From Octopus vulgaris (Eukaryota): a DNA stretch of 64,000 bases. The notes under the pieces were generated by a model. It was not told the DNA's origin. It was given only the letters and a program-made list of their open reading frames with translations, and did no database searches. Every line of letters starts with the position of its first letter. Position 1 is the first letter of the stretch. The DNA lies in assembly GCA_951406725.2 (NCBI GenBank), contig OX597821.1, forward strand, positions 109,926,001 to 109,990,000. Direction: 5' to 3'. Below are positions 14,229-27,899 of this stretch, in pieces. The position numbers were made by a program, and so were the translations under genes.

Positions 14229-14629
14229 CTCCTTCCATTCTATCTGCTGCCCACACGTGACCCACGACTAATTTTCTATCGTCTACCTTTTCGCCTAGCG
14301 TGCTGGTCAACTTTTTCTCTTCTCTTACTAATTCTGGTTATATGTCCATTTGAGGATTTCTTCTAGGCATTAACCTTCAGGCACGTGTTTGGCCAAAAGG
14401 CTTCATTTATTGTCTTTGTCTGTCCTTTCAAATTACATTTGTTTACATTCGTACGTTCACCATGTACTGTCTTGTTTTCTCGAGCTCTGACTCTACGCAA
14501 ATCTTGCGGGTGCTGCTGATATACGAAGTTCCCAGTCTTATCGTTAAAGGCATGAGACTGGATATTAGTATTTTTGTTCGATAACTGATGAAACATTAAT
14601 GCATTTATCATATATATATATATATATAT

Positions 14630-15115
14630 AGTTAATCCAAACATGAAAACACAAAGAGAAATCACAGCAACGCGAGGACGTGGAACAATTATAGTATTAT
14701 TGGACGCTCAGGAAACAAGGAAAGAAGGGGGGTTTAACGTTTCGAGCGGAGCTCTTCGTCAGAAACATAGGAGAAGGAAAGATCCAGAGAAGGGAAGACC
14801 GTACACACGCAGTCACACACACACACACACACAGAGTAACGTACAGTTACTCCACAGACACAACCTCACGCGTACACACATACCCACACGTAAACATACA
14901 TACATAATCCAAATAAGAAAACACAAAAAAACCCAAAAAAAACACAGCAACGCGTGGACGTGGAACAAATAAAGTATTATTGGACGCTCAGGAAAGAAGG
15001 GAAGAAGGAGGGTTTAACGTTTAGAGCGGAGCTCTTCGTCGGAAACATAAGTGAAGGAAAGATCCCCAGAAGGGAAGACAGAGGAAAAGAAATCGCCAGT
15101 GGTACTCACGAGGTC

Positions 15116-15118
<3 letters not shown>
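14630..15118 (-). mobile_element. Tandem pair of PLE pseudo-LTR-like units (hammerhead-bearing)
   Basis: Two homologous units (~14630-14800, ~14905-15118); homologues at ~2683-2900 and ~38594-38800; bounded by (TA)n. Confidence 0.7.
14732..14766 (-). ncRNA. Minimal (35-nt) type I hammerhead ribozyme motif
   Basis: GUUU-CUGACGA-A-GAGC(ucc)GCUC-GAAA-C-GUU|AAAC. Homologues at 2774-2808, 15012-15046 and 38698-38732. Confidence 0.8.
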
Positions 15119-15173
<55 letters not shown>

Positions 15174-15178
15174 GACCT

Positions 15179-15226
<48 letters not shown>

Positions 15227-15264
15227 GTATATATATGTGTGTGTGTGTGCGTGCGTGTGTGTTT

Positions 15265-15432
15265 ATGTGTCTGTGTTTATCCCCCCCACACACACACACC
15301 ATCACTTGACAACCGATGCTGGTGTGCTTATGTCCCCGTAACTTAGCGGTTCGGCAAAAGACACAGAATAATTAATCGGCAGTGCTCCAGCAAGGCCGCA
15401 GTCAAATCACTGAAACAAATAAAAGAATAATA
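15265..15432 (+). mobile_element. SINE family A, 3' half
   Basis: CTTGACAACCGATGCTGGTGTG..CAGTCAAATCACTGAAAC. Confidence 0.75.
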
Positions 15433-15934
15433 GAATATATATTTGGATCAAAACTGTTTGATTCAAACTGCTTGGTACTTTGGGTTTCAAGCATGGCGCT
15501 AATCTTCGACCAGTGGAGTTTGATTCGAAGTCCAATGGCCGAAGATTAGTGCCACGCTTGAAATTTAGAGTACCAAGGAGGGTGAAGCAAACTGTTTTGA
15601 TCAATACATGTTACTCCCAACAAATATGTTGAGTGTCCTTCTTTCTTTGTCTACACACTCACATGTGTGTGTGTGTGTGTATTATGTATGTATGTATACA
15701 GCATAAATCTCACCGATCTCGAAGGGTTTGCGAAGATCATGAGCTTTTCCACTTCCTTCAAAACTAACAAGTAGTGTGTGAGTATGTATGCATAGAAATA
15801 TATGTATATGTTTGCGCCCATAAATATATATACAGTAACACGCGCGTGCGAGCACACACACACATACAATGAATCACATGATGCATAATGCACGAAGGCA
15901 AGCATGCACACATATAAACATACACATATATACA

Positions 15935-16136
15935 CATATATATACGTACGCATACTTAAACACACATATATATACGCACACATACTTATAGACACATACA
16001 TATGCGCACGCATACTTATACACACATACATATACGCACGCAGACTTATACGTACATACATATACGCACGCATACTTATACACACATACATATACGCACA
16101 CATACTTATTGACACATACATATATGCATGCATACT

Positions 16137-16216
<80 letters not shown>

Positions 16217-16905
16217 CGCACTCATACATATGCACGCATACATATACGCACGCATACTTATTGACACACATACATATACGCACGCATACTTATACACACA
16301 TGCATATACGCACGCATACTTATAAACACATACATATACGCATCCACACTTATACACACATACATATACGCACGAATACTTATAAACACATGCATATACG
16401 CACGCACACTTATACACACATACATATATGCACGCATACTTATACATATATACAAACGAATACTTATACACACATATATATACGCACGCATACTTATACG
16501 CACGCATAATTTTTCACACATACATATATGGACGCACACTATGCGTGTATAAGTGTGCGTGCGTATATGTATGTGTGTATAAGTATGCATGCGTATATGT
16601 ATGCGTGTATATGTATGAGTGCGTATATATATATATGTGTGTGTGTATAAGTATGCATGCGTGTATGTATGTGTCAATAAGTATATTTATGCGTGTATGC
16701 GTGTATACGTGTGCGTGACGCACGCATACTTTTACGCTGCATACATATACGCACGCATACTTATACACACATACATATACGCATGCACACTTATACACAC
16801 ATACATATACGCACGCACATTTATGCTCACATACATATACGCACGCATAGTTATACACACATACATATACGTACGCATACTTATACACATATACATATAC
16901 GCACA
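15935..16905. repeat. 30-bp minisatellite (TATACGCACGCATACTTATACACACATACA)n with internal inversion
   Basis: Tandem units directly visible; ~16540-16715 is in reverse orientation. Confidence 0.85.
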
Positions 16906-17467
16906 AACTATTTCTGTGCAAATGAAGGCAGTTTAATTGCTGCTTAATTGGGTTTTTTTATTTCTTATTTTGTTTTCGACAAGAAACGACGAATATATCA
17001 AATAAAGTATATTTAAAACGCTAAACGATGTTTTGTGTGAATGATGTTGATTATATCAGTATGAACAAGGGGGAAAAAAAAAAACATTCGAACAATACTG
17101 AAAACATTTACAAAACAAGCATCACCGCCGCCACCCACCCCCAACAATAACAATAACAATAACAAGAATAATGTCGTTATTTTTTAAACATGTCCTCCCC
17201 CACGCTTTACTCTACAAAAAAAAAAAAAAAAAGAATTTAAAAATGGAAACATGAAAACAGAATGGAAATAGAAATAACTGCTTGCTTATCCATGCGGTTC
17301 GAAAAGAGGAAAAGCCTTTTTTTTCACGTAGCTACAAATACAGCATTGGCTTCCTTTGGTATTTGCTGCTGCTTCTGTTGTTGTTGTTGTTGTTTTGGTT
17401 CTTTTTGTTGTTTGTCGTCTGGTAAATATATTTATGAAAGCATGTATGTATGTATGTGTGCATGCAT

Positions 17468-17690
17468 ATTCTTTTATTCTTTTATTTGTTTCAGTCATTT
17501 GACTGCGGCCATGCTGGAGCACCAGCTACAGTCGAACATATCACCTCCCAGGACTTATTCTTTGTGAGCCTAGTACTTATTCTATCGGTGTCTATTTTGC
17601 TGAACCGCTAAGTTACGAGGACGTAAACATACCAGCATCGGTTGTCAAGCGATGTTGGGGGGGGGACAAACACAGACACACAAACACACA

Positions 17691-17728
<38 letters not shown>

Positions 17729-17912
17729 CACACACACACATACACACACACACATACATATATACAACGGACTTCTTTCAGTTTCCGTCTACCAAATCCA
17801 CTCACAAGGCTTTAGTCGACCCATGGCTATAGTAGAAGACACTTGCCCAAGGTGCCACACAGTGGGACTGAACCCGGAACCATAAAGCTGGTAAGCAAGT
17901 TACTTACCACGC
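17468..17912 (-). mobile_element. SINE family A
   Basis: Full-length homology to 4715-5171. Confidence 0.9.
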
Positions 17913-18134
17913 ATGCATTTAGTGTGCAAATATATGTATATACATATACATGTATGAATATATACATACATAGACACGTATACACACGCACACAGATAGA
18001 TACACGCATTCATACATACATACATACATACATACATACATACATACATACATACATACATACATACACACACACACATACACATGCACATTAGTTAATA
18101 TATCTCCATGCAGTTACATTTATCTATGCACGTA

Positions 18135-18520
18135 GGCGTAGGAGTAGCTGTGTGGTAAGTAGCTTGCTTACAAACCGCATGGTTCCGGGTTCAGTCCTAC
18201 TGCGTGGCACCTTGGGCAAGTGTCTTCTACTATAAGCCTCGGGCCGACCAAAGCCCTGTGAGTGGATTTGGTAGACGAAAACTAAAAAAAGCTCGTAGTA
18301 TATAAGTATATATATGTGTGTTTGTGTGTGTTTGCCCCCCCCCATCACTTGACAACCGATGTTGGTGTGTATACGTCCCGGTAACTTAGCGGTTCGGCAA
18401 AACAGACCGATAGAATAAGTACTAGGCTTACAAAGAATAAGTCCTGGGGGTCGATTTGGTCGACTAAAAGTGTAGCTCCAGCATGGCCACAGTCAAATGA
18501 CTGAAACAAGTAAAGGAGTA
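18135..18520 (+). mobile_element. SINE family A
   Basis: Full-length homology to 4715-5171. Confidence 0.9.
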
Positions 18521-18672
18521 AACGAGTATGTCTGCGTTATACATTTTTGTATGTATATCTATACATACACAAACGCACATTATTTTATACACTTCCGAAT
18601 TTATATATCCTTATTACGAGAATACATACATACACACACGTTCACACAGACATATGTATACGTATGCGTGTA

Positions 18673-18705
<33 letters not shown>

Positions 18706-19234
18706 TTGTGTATCCGTGTGTTTGAGTGTGTGTATTTATAAACAGATAGAAAAACAGACAAATGCGCAGACATGTTCACGTTTCGTCTCCATATAATTAT
18801 ACATAATTAGCTATTTAAAGCTCCCTACATTAAAAAATGTCGACACTAATTTTAACTACCTGAATAGACTGCTTGCTTTCATCATACAGGTGTCATTGCA
18901 ATAAGGTATCGCTCTTTTACTGAGCATTAATTTCGTTGGCTCTCGTCCTACTTAAAATTATGTTCGACCTTTGTTTGTTTTAGCGCTAGAGATCATTATT
19001 CTTTTTATTCTTTTATTCTGTAACGTAAAACAGAACAAGAATCAAAACAGGCGATAAAAAATTTCAACTTGTAAGATATATATGTGCTGTACGGCCATGG
19101 GGTTAAAATTGTCGCTTCAGTACAAAGTGGTTTTGGTTTTGATTCAAACTCATTCTGCAGCACATTGAGCAAGTATTTTCTTCCCGAATTTATCACATCT
19201 GGTCCTTGAATACTTTTTTTTTTTTTTACTCTTC

Positions 19235-19402
19235 TCCTCTGGAAACCATCTGCTCGCGATACCAGAGGGTGCACAATCTCCTGCCCTGATGTAATCTCCA
19301 GGGATACAGGCATCCAGCAACAGGACCTCCATAATGCTATGATGGACCGTGAAGTCTGGCGTAACATAGTAAATTCCACGGTCGAATAATGATGATGATG
19401 AT
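19235..19402 (+). mobile_element. RTE-type LINE 3' end
   Basis: Translates as LLWKPSARDTRG..PDVISRDTG..DLHNAMMDREVWRNIV, followed by a (GAT)n tail. Confidence 0.7.
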
Positions 19403-20317
19403 TGGTTGCACATTATGGCCGTGTGTTTAAGTCGGTCGCTTCAAAACCAAGATGTTGCGATTCGATTTCACTGCTTGCTTCAGCAGCTATTTTCTACCCG
19501 ATTCTGTCACATCTAGACCCTAAAAACTGTTAGTGTCCTCCACACTGCAGTAAATATTCAGAAGACTTGCGGGAACCGGTCGAATGGACGACTGCACCTG
19601 TACTTCAAAGGGTTAGCTTCGTTACACCCGAGGTTTAGGTTAAAAGAGATACATCTCTGTGGATTTCTGTGGGATAATATAAGGTCTCCTTCGGTTCAGG
19701 AGCACCACGCATCTTCACATGTATGCGCAGGCCTGAGCAAGATCTTTAAGTCACTCCTGCAAAACTAAATCGGAAAATCGAACCACATATATTCAGAGCT
19801 TGCACAGTTGGAGAGAAATTATCTGTGTGTTTCGCCCCACCCTTTAAAAATCTTTTATATTAAAGATTGTAACATCTGACTTAAAGAATGTTTGACTTCT
19901 ATCTCAGGCAGATCCTGCAAACCCGGTTTTGGCCATATGGCTCGGTTCTCTGTGTTGAATCCTGCGTATTGTGTTCTCTTCTTTGCAGATCCGACTGGAG
20001 TGGTGCTTCGTGTTGGGTGACCACTTTCCACAGAGTCAGAGCGAATGAGAAAAGTACCTCGCAGAGATGGCGCCTGACAGGTGAGTTGGCAGGGGCGACC
20101 CGAGCAAATACTGACAAATGGTGAGTGCAACGCCAAAATGCAACTGCACATGCGCCCATACTTGACCTTGCTCACACATGCAGGTATTCCTTGTCTATGT
20201 CACTGATGTTAAACCAAAGGAAATTCTGCGGATTTAGGCCGATGCAGCTTTCTAGTAGAATCCATTATTTACATTATTTACATTTGACGGATATTTCTCC
20301 TCATCTTGTTTGTTCTT

Positions 20318-20363
20318 AATACAACGTTTCGGCTTATATACCCTCCAACCTTCATCAGGTGTC
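20318..20363 (-). ncRNA. Minimal type I hammerhead motif, stems partly decayed
   Basis: GACAC-CUGAUGA-A-GGUUG..AAGCC-GAAA-C-GUU|GUAUU; same family as 44616 and 53719. Confidence 0.65.
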
Positions 20364-20592
20364 TTGGGGAAATTTCGAACCTGGGTTATCATTCCTAAGG
20401 TATTTTTCGATGTTGTTGTTGTTGTTCTTCTTCTTCTTCTTCTTCTTCTTCTTCTTCTTCTTCTTCTTCTTCTTCTTCTTCTTCTTCTTCTTCTTCTTCT
20501 TCTTCTTCTAATTATTATTATTAATATTATCATTATTATTATTATTATTATTATCATTATTATTAATATTATCGTTATTATTATTATCATCA

Positions 20593-20639
<47 letters not shown>

Positions 20640-20640
<1 letters not shown>

Positions 20641-21778
20641 TGTTTGACTTTTGCTTTATATTTGTACAAGTTGGCTCCAAGTCTCACCCAGAGACCTCAA
20701 GAGGCAACAGGTTGGAAGTTCATGTTGTTGTTATGCGTAGTGTGCCATATATTTGGTTGTTTTTTTTTTTTTTTGGTGCTTTACTAGTGGATGTCTAAAA
20801 AAAAATTATGTTTGTTTTAAACCTTGAAATTACATAGAAAGTATTTTGCGTAGGATATGAGCAGTTCCCATGAGCACTATCTTTTGAATTTCTGCCATTT
20901 TTGAGTTTCCTGGTATCTGAGTTAGGTAGCAATCAGCCCCTTTTGCTATCATTCCCAGGGCACCTATGACAACAGGTATTGTTTTAGTCTTCAGGTTCCA
21001 CATTTTGCTGATTTCTATTTCAAGATCTTTATATTTGCTCAGTTTTTGGTAGGTCTTGACAGATACGTTTATATCGATTGGGACAGTCATATCAATGAGG
21101 AGGCATGTTCTTTGTTTGAAGTCTTTCAATATGATGTCTGGCCTATTTGCATCTATCTTTCTGTCAGTTTGAATGGGGAATTCCAGAGGAGTGAGATGTG
21201 GTCATTTTCAAGCACTGGGGGTGGTTTGTATTCCCACCAGTTTTTTTCATGGGGCAAATCCAGGTTTTTGCAGATTACCCAATGAATATATTGTGCAGCC
21301 CCATCATGCCTGTTGAGATACTCTGTAGGCGCTAGAAGACTGCACTTGGAGACAACATGATCAATGGTTTCATTTTGTTGCTGACATACACGACATGTTG
21401 GGCTACTGCCGTTCTTTAATATGTTGGCCTAGTAGTATCTTGTTGGTAGGCATTGATCTTGAGCTGCTATGATAAACCCCTCTGTTTCAGATTTTAAGCC
21501 AGAGGCCATTAGCCATTGATGGGTCAGGGCTTTGTCAACATCTGCATTATTCGCTCTGTTTGGGTATTTGCCATAGAGAGTTTTTTCTTGCCATTTATCA
21601 TTCAGAATATCTAAGGCCGTAGTTTTAGCACGTGTTTTCATGCGCTTAGCATTTTCTGTGCTTGTTTCTTGTATATCTATCTCTAATTCCGAAATTGGTT
21701 GTATTTGGAATTCACTTAGATATTCCTTTGCCTGTTTTGTTACTGAGTATGATGCTTTCTTGTTTTCATGTTTTGAGA
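20640..21778 (-). mobile_element. R4/Dong-type non-LTR retrotransposon, 5'-truncated 3' fragment
   Basis: KWQEKTLYGKY, ETEGFIIAAQDQCLPTR, CCHC knuckle (CRVCQ..ETIDHVVSKC), restriction-like endonuclease region (RPDII..LLIDMTVP..K..KYKDL..IPVVIGALG); stops and frameshifts; flanked by (TAA)n. Confidence 0.85.
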
Positions 21779-21793
21779 TTATTATTATTATTA

Positions 21794-21862
<69 letters not shown>

Positions 21863-22177
21863 TCACTCCCTGGAATCGAACTCGGAATCTTGGGTTTAGT
21901 AGCCCGCGCTCTTAACCACTACGCCGTAGTAGAGTTGTCGCAGATGTAGCTGTCTTTTATTCAAAGAGCCAGAATAAATACCGCGAGGCATTTTATCCGC
22001 CCTTCTAACAGTTCTACCAATCCATTGTCTTGGATCAGGATTTTTCATCAACTCTGAAAGGATGAATGACAAAGCTGACATTTGCGGGATTTGAACTCAG
22101 AGTGCAGGGAGTTGAAAAGAACTCTGGAAAGCCTTGTCCAGTGTTTTAACAATTCTGAAAATTCACCACTAGTTGTT

Positions 22178-22214
22178 CTTTCTTCTTCTTCTTCTTCTTC
22201 TTCTTCTTCTTCTT

Positions 22215-22246
<32 letters not shown>

Positions 22247-22540
22247 AGCATTCACCTCACTTCATTCATCCTCAATGCTGCATCTCTCACAAACGCCGAC
22301 CAGGCCTGGCGATTTGAGGCTAACGACCGCGTGAACTCCAACCACTCCTTATTCCAGCGGCGAACGCCATAGATATAGGGGCCTAGGTTGGGTTCCAGAT
22401 CAGCCTTGACTGTCATCAGCCAGGTTTTTCGTTGTCCACCACACCACTTTCGCCAACCCTGAAGGGGTTGTTGTTAGTGGAATTAGATCGATGGAAACTG
22501 GGATAACCATCGGATGGGCGACTGCACCAGACATTTCAAG
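22178..22540 (-). mobile_element. RTE-type LINE 3' end with (GAA)n tail
   Basis: Minus frame GWRKWCGGQRKTWLMTVKADLEPNLGPYIYGVRRWNKEWLEFTRSLASNRQAWSAFVRDA, typical of RTE C-termini. Confidence 0.75.
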
Positions 22541-23327
22541 GGTCAGCTTTGTTACACCTGGGGATTAGATTAAGAAGAAACATGTCTGTAGGTTTCTGTG
22601 GAATAAAATACGGTATCGACATTCATCGCCCTCGATCACCTACAGAGCGAGTTGCCTCGCTTGGATTGAGGTATTCAGTATCTTTTAACACTCGATATCT
22701 TAAAGGGACTTTCCCCCTAACGCAATCTCGCAGCTAATAAGTACATAAACAAAACACATCGGTGATGATCATATATATATAGGGTCTCCGTCAGTTAAAG
22801 TTTGTTACGGGTTTGTTTATCATATATTTTATACCTTTGATCACAGATAAGCCTCATCAGGAATAGACCTTTGTCTATAGAACAGCACCATAACCAGTAA
22901 CAGCTATTCCTACAACGACAACGACAACAGCAATGACAATAATAACAATAACAACTGCAACGATAACGACGACAATAACAGCCGAACTCTGCATTAAAAG
23001 CTAAATAAACAGAGGCAAGTTTTACAGTGAGTGGAATTATATGCTTACGAAATTCTGTGTAACAAAACCATTGCGTTTTACCGCTGTCTAGTAAGATGAC
23101 ACGGTTTTGTTACGTAACTTCTGTGTGGTCGATCTAAGGACTAAACGTTTAGGTGGCCGTGGGGTTGGTTTCAGGGTCTGCTAGAGATAGAAGACAACCG
23201 TCCCTCAAGTCAGACATTACCATCTTTAATAAAAGAAATAAAAATGTCGCCGCCCCGCCCGCCCTCAAGTGAGCTCCCTCGCCCTTGCTGTCACCGTCGT
23301 TGTGCGCCTCGAAAGCTTCGCTACATA

Positions 23328-23763
<436 letters not shown>

Positions 23764-23920
23764 AAAAAAAAAAAGAATACGCTGATATTATGTCCCAAGT
23801 TATAGAATGTCTGAATGAAACATGAAATGGACACGGCTGGATGCATTGATCATCTGTCTGCTCGATCAGGTTTGACCTGGTGTTAAACAAAAACAGCAAC
23901 AGCATGAGCAGCAGCAACAG

Positions 23921-24266
23921 TGGAGGCGCAATGGCCCAATGGTTAAGGAAGCGGACTCGCGGTTTCGATTCCCAGACCGGGCGTTGTGTGTGTTTATTGA
24001 ACGAAAACACCTAAAGCTCCAAGAGGCTCCGGCAGGGGGTTAGTGGCGACCCCTGTTGTACTCTTTCGCTCCGACTTTCTCTCACTCTTTCTTCCTGTTT
24101 CTTGTCCCCGACTTCCTACGCAACCGCTGAGCCTGGATGCGTATTCATCCATCCGTCGATGCTCTCGGTGTCGGGGGTTGACCTGCTTTCTCTTCTGCGG
24201 GTTTTACGAATAGCAAAGGACCACGTTTCGGACTTCTCCCAAGAGGATGAAGATCGCTTCGCTCAA
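23921..24266 (+). mobile_element. SINE family B (tRNA-Arg-like head), tail type 1
   Basis: TGGAGGCGCAATGGCCCAATGGTTAAGG..GGTTTCGATTCCC head; (CAG/CAA)n tail. Confidence 0.9.
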
Positions 24267-24515
24267 CAGCAGCAGCAGTAGTAGCAGCAGCAGCAACAGC
24301 AGCAATAAAAACAGAAACAGCAATGACAACAGCAACAAATGCGACAACAGCAACAAAAACGATTTTTTCTACAGCTAGATGCAATGACGGATCTGTCTGC
24401 TCGATCATTCCTGGCCTGGTACTAAACAAAAACAACAGCAACAGCAGGAACAACAACAACAATAACAACAACAGCAACAACAATAACAAAAGTAACAACA
24501 AGGGCAAAAACAGCC

Positions 24516-24557
<42 letters not shown>

Positions 24558-25593
24558 TCAACAATAGCAATACCAGCAACAAAAATATTTTTTTCTACGG
24601 CTGGATGCAACGACGGATCTGTCTGCTCAATCAAGTCTGGCCTGGTGCTAAACAAAAACAACGCCGACAGCAGCAGCGACAGTGAGAACATCAACAACAA
24701 GCGCGCAATAATCACAAGAACATCAACATCAACAACAACAACAACAACAACAACAACAGCAGCAGCAGTAACAACAGCAACACCAACGACAGCCATAGTT
24801 GTTTGCAACAACAAGATCTCCTGGGTGGTTTCTGCCGAGTATATAATAATAGTCTTAAAGAGAAAATCACGAAGCCTGTTATATACCTTAATTAGTCTAT
24901 GACAGAACTGTGTTCTATATTAATCGAGAACAATCATAACATTGACATTAATATTCTTTACAAATGTGTCGTTATTCCTTGCTAGTCAACAACGAAGATT
25001 TTGGTAAATGTCTCTCATGCGAATAGGATATGCAACATTAAATATTCTTAAATGCAACGGGATACTAAAGCCAAATGTAAAAATCATTATTATTACACGG
25101 ATCAGATTTTACTAATTCTCAGTTTGAAGTGTGATGGTTAGTTGGTGTGATGTCTGATTTTGTATGATTCGCCAGGCATTTGGAAGGTGTCGTGCAGATG
25201 CGTAGATATATGTATATGTATGTATATGCATGTATGTATACATCTATGTATGTACGTACGTATGTATGTATGTATGTATGTATGTATGTATGTATGTATG
25301 TATGTATGTATGTATGTATGTATGTATGTATGTATGTATGTACGTACGTATATGTATGTAAATGAGTATATGTGTATCTTTGTACGTTCGTATGTATGCG
25401 TATATGTATGGGTGTATTTATGCACGTTATAATGTATATATGTTTGAATGTATGTTTGTATGTGTATGTGTGTATGTGTTTGTAAGTATGTGTTTGTATG
25501 TACGTATGTATGTAGGTGCATGTATACATGTACATGTGTGTATGCATGTTAGTGTGAATGTATGCATGTGTGTGTATATGTGTACGTATGTAA

Positions 25594-25630
<37 letters not shown>

Positions 25631-25782
25631 TATATATATATGTATGTAATTATAGGTGGGTATACATATGTATGAATATATGTGTATGAGCATATATATA
25701 TATGAAAATATGGAAATAAAGATTTAAGTATACATACACATACACGCATATATAACTATGTTTGTATATGTATATATATGCG

Positions 25783-25820
<38 letters not shown>

Positions 25821-26272
25821 TGCGTTTGTATGTATATGCGTATATATATATATGCATATATGTGAGTAGGAGTGTATGTATATTTGAGAGAAAAGATAGA
25901 CAGGGTGGGACAAGATGGCGACCTGTAGTTAGTTAAGTTGTCATATCCTGCTTTGATGCATCAACCATTTTCTTTCAAAGTCATGTCGTTTCATATTTTC
26001 ATTTCCTTTTTTACACCAATAACGACTTCTTATTAGACGAGGTGAGGAGGTGGCGGAAACGGGGAGGCGCCGGCCTTAAATACTTTTCAGTATTTAGTCT
26101 ACGAAATATTGAAAAAAATCTCACGTCGGAGTCGACTTCTCCTTTCATCTTTCCACATTACGATGAAAGTACAAATAAACACAAACACGATGATGATGAT
26201 GATGGTGATGATGATGACGACGACGACGACGATGACGATGGTAGTGATGATGATGATGATGATAGTAATAGA

Positions 26273-26825
26273 TACCCTGATGCAGTACCAGGCAGTGGCT
26301 CTTTTGGCTTTTGATCTTAACAGATTGGAAGTGTTATTATGTGCTTGTTATATCTTGGCATAAAAGATGGGCTACAGCAAATGTTCTGCTCAATACCACA
26401 GATTTGCTTGTCAGTTGTTTGACCTTAACCAGTTGAGCATGTCCCTTAGTGGCTGACGATATGTGCATCTCTGATCACGAGCAGAAGTAGCAGGGGGAGC
26501 ATTATAGCCATGTGTTAAGAGGAATTATTTGGGGTTCGGATGACTCACCTCTGGAAACATGGGTGTTTCGTTCAATATCCTTAAACAAACCTTATTCAGG
26601 GACCTTTTGAGCGGGATGGGCCACTCAACCTGAAGAAAATTCTAACTAGGCCCCACCTGCAAGGTCATGCGCTATTTATCTTCATATGAGAGCACCATGT
26701 CGCGGACATATGGTTGCGTGATGTCTGGTGTACCCTTATCAGACAAGTAGTCATGATAGGTATATTGGGCTTCGTATATTTACACCTCGGTGTCCTTTTA
26801 TGGTATGTATTACCCTCACATTCAA
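26273..26825. mobile_element. Second copy of the ~550-bp dispersed repeat
   Basis: Same orientation and ends as 12102-12652; flanked by (GAT/AAT)n. Confidence 0.8.
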
Positions 26826-27019
26826 TGATGATGATCATAATGATAATAACAATAACAACAATAATAATTCTTAATAATTTTATATATTTTAATATTATGA
26901 TAACATTTTAATTATATATAATTATATATATTGTTCCGTGATGGTAAGGTCAACAAAAAAAGCACTCCATCTGGTGAAAAATAAATATTATTTGATAACC
27001 ACAATATATATTTTTATGA

Positions 27020-27100
27020 GCAACTAATAGTTTCATGCGATGAAAACATCGCAGACAGCATTTTTCAACACGTCTAGTGCCTTCGCGCAATCCTCAGGCA
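27020..27100 (-). ncRNA. Hammerhead-like motif, probably decayed
   Basis: GC-CUGAGGA-uUGCG..CGCAu-GAAA-CUAUUAG-UU|GC; core present, stem I only 2 bp. Confidence 0.5.
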
Positions 27101-27648
27101 GTGCCTTTATGGCATACCAAGGTAAAGCGAGGAGCTATGAGAAGTGAGTGTATCTTTATTTAAACACGCGACTTTCATAGGATTATGGCTATTTCACAGC
27201 TTTCTTCATGCAGTATTAATTTCAGCTGGCAAGAAAATATGATTACATGTTTGCATGTATGCTCAACATTATACAATACATTTTATATTCATAAATTAAG
27301 GCAAACAAACAAAGCCGGCTATGTTAACTGTTAGTCGAGTCCGTAAGAGGCGCTTTCTGTGATAGGTGCATGATTTTCAGAATCCACATCTCATATATGT
27401 ATATGGTAAGCATTTTGTCCAACGTGCTACCGGTTGTGTCAGCTCGCGGCCTAAGCTTTCACCGTATACTGAATATAGAAAATAGTCTAATATTATGGTT
27501 TTTTAAACCCTAATGCCACTATATTACACTATTTTCTGGTGTCAATATGCGGTAAAAACTTATAAGATTAAGGTTATAATTATATTTACAAAAATTCCAC
27601 TCGTCACCATTTCTTAACTTACGCAGAATATATATAAATATATATGTA

Positions 27649-27718
<70 letters not shown>

Positions 27719-27899
27719 TGTATGTATGTATGTATGTATGTATGTATGTACGTACGTACGTACGTATGTATGTATGTATGTATGTATGTATGTATGTATG
27801 TATGTATGTATGTATGTATGTACGTACGTACGTACGTATGTATGTATGTATGTATGTATGTATGTATGAGTGTATGTATGTATTTATGTATATATATTT

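Larger units (their letters stand above)
20263..21927 (-). mobile_element. Third copy of the tRNA-(TAA)n-hammerhead element, interrupted by a LINE
   Basis: tRNA head at 21858-21927 (minus), HHR module at 20263-20412 (minus); LINE fragment lies between two (ATT)n tracts. Confidence 0.8.

Noticed and set aside
15935-16905. CRISPR-like array
   Set aside because: Tandem units without unique spacers, in eukaryotic DNA; a minisatellite.
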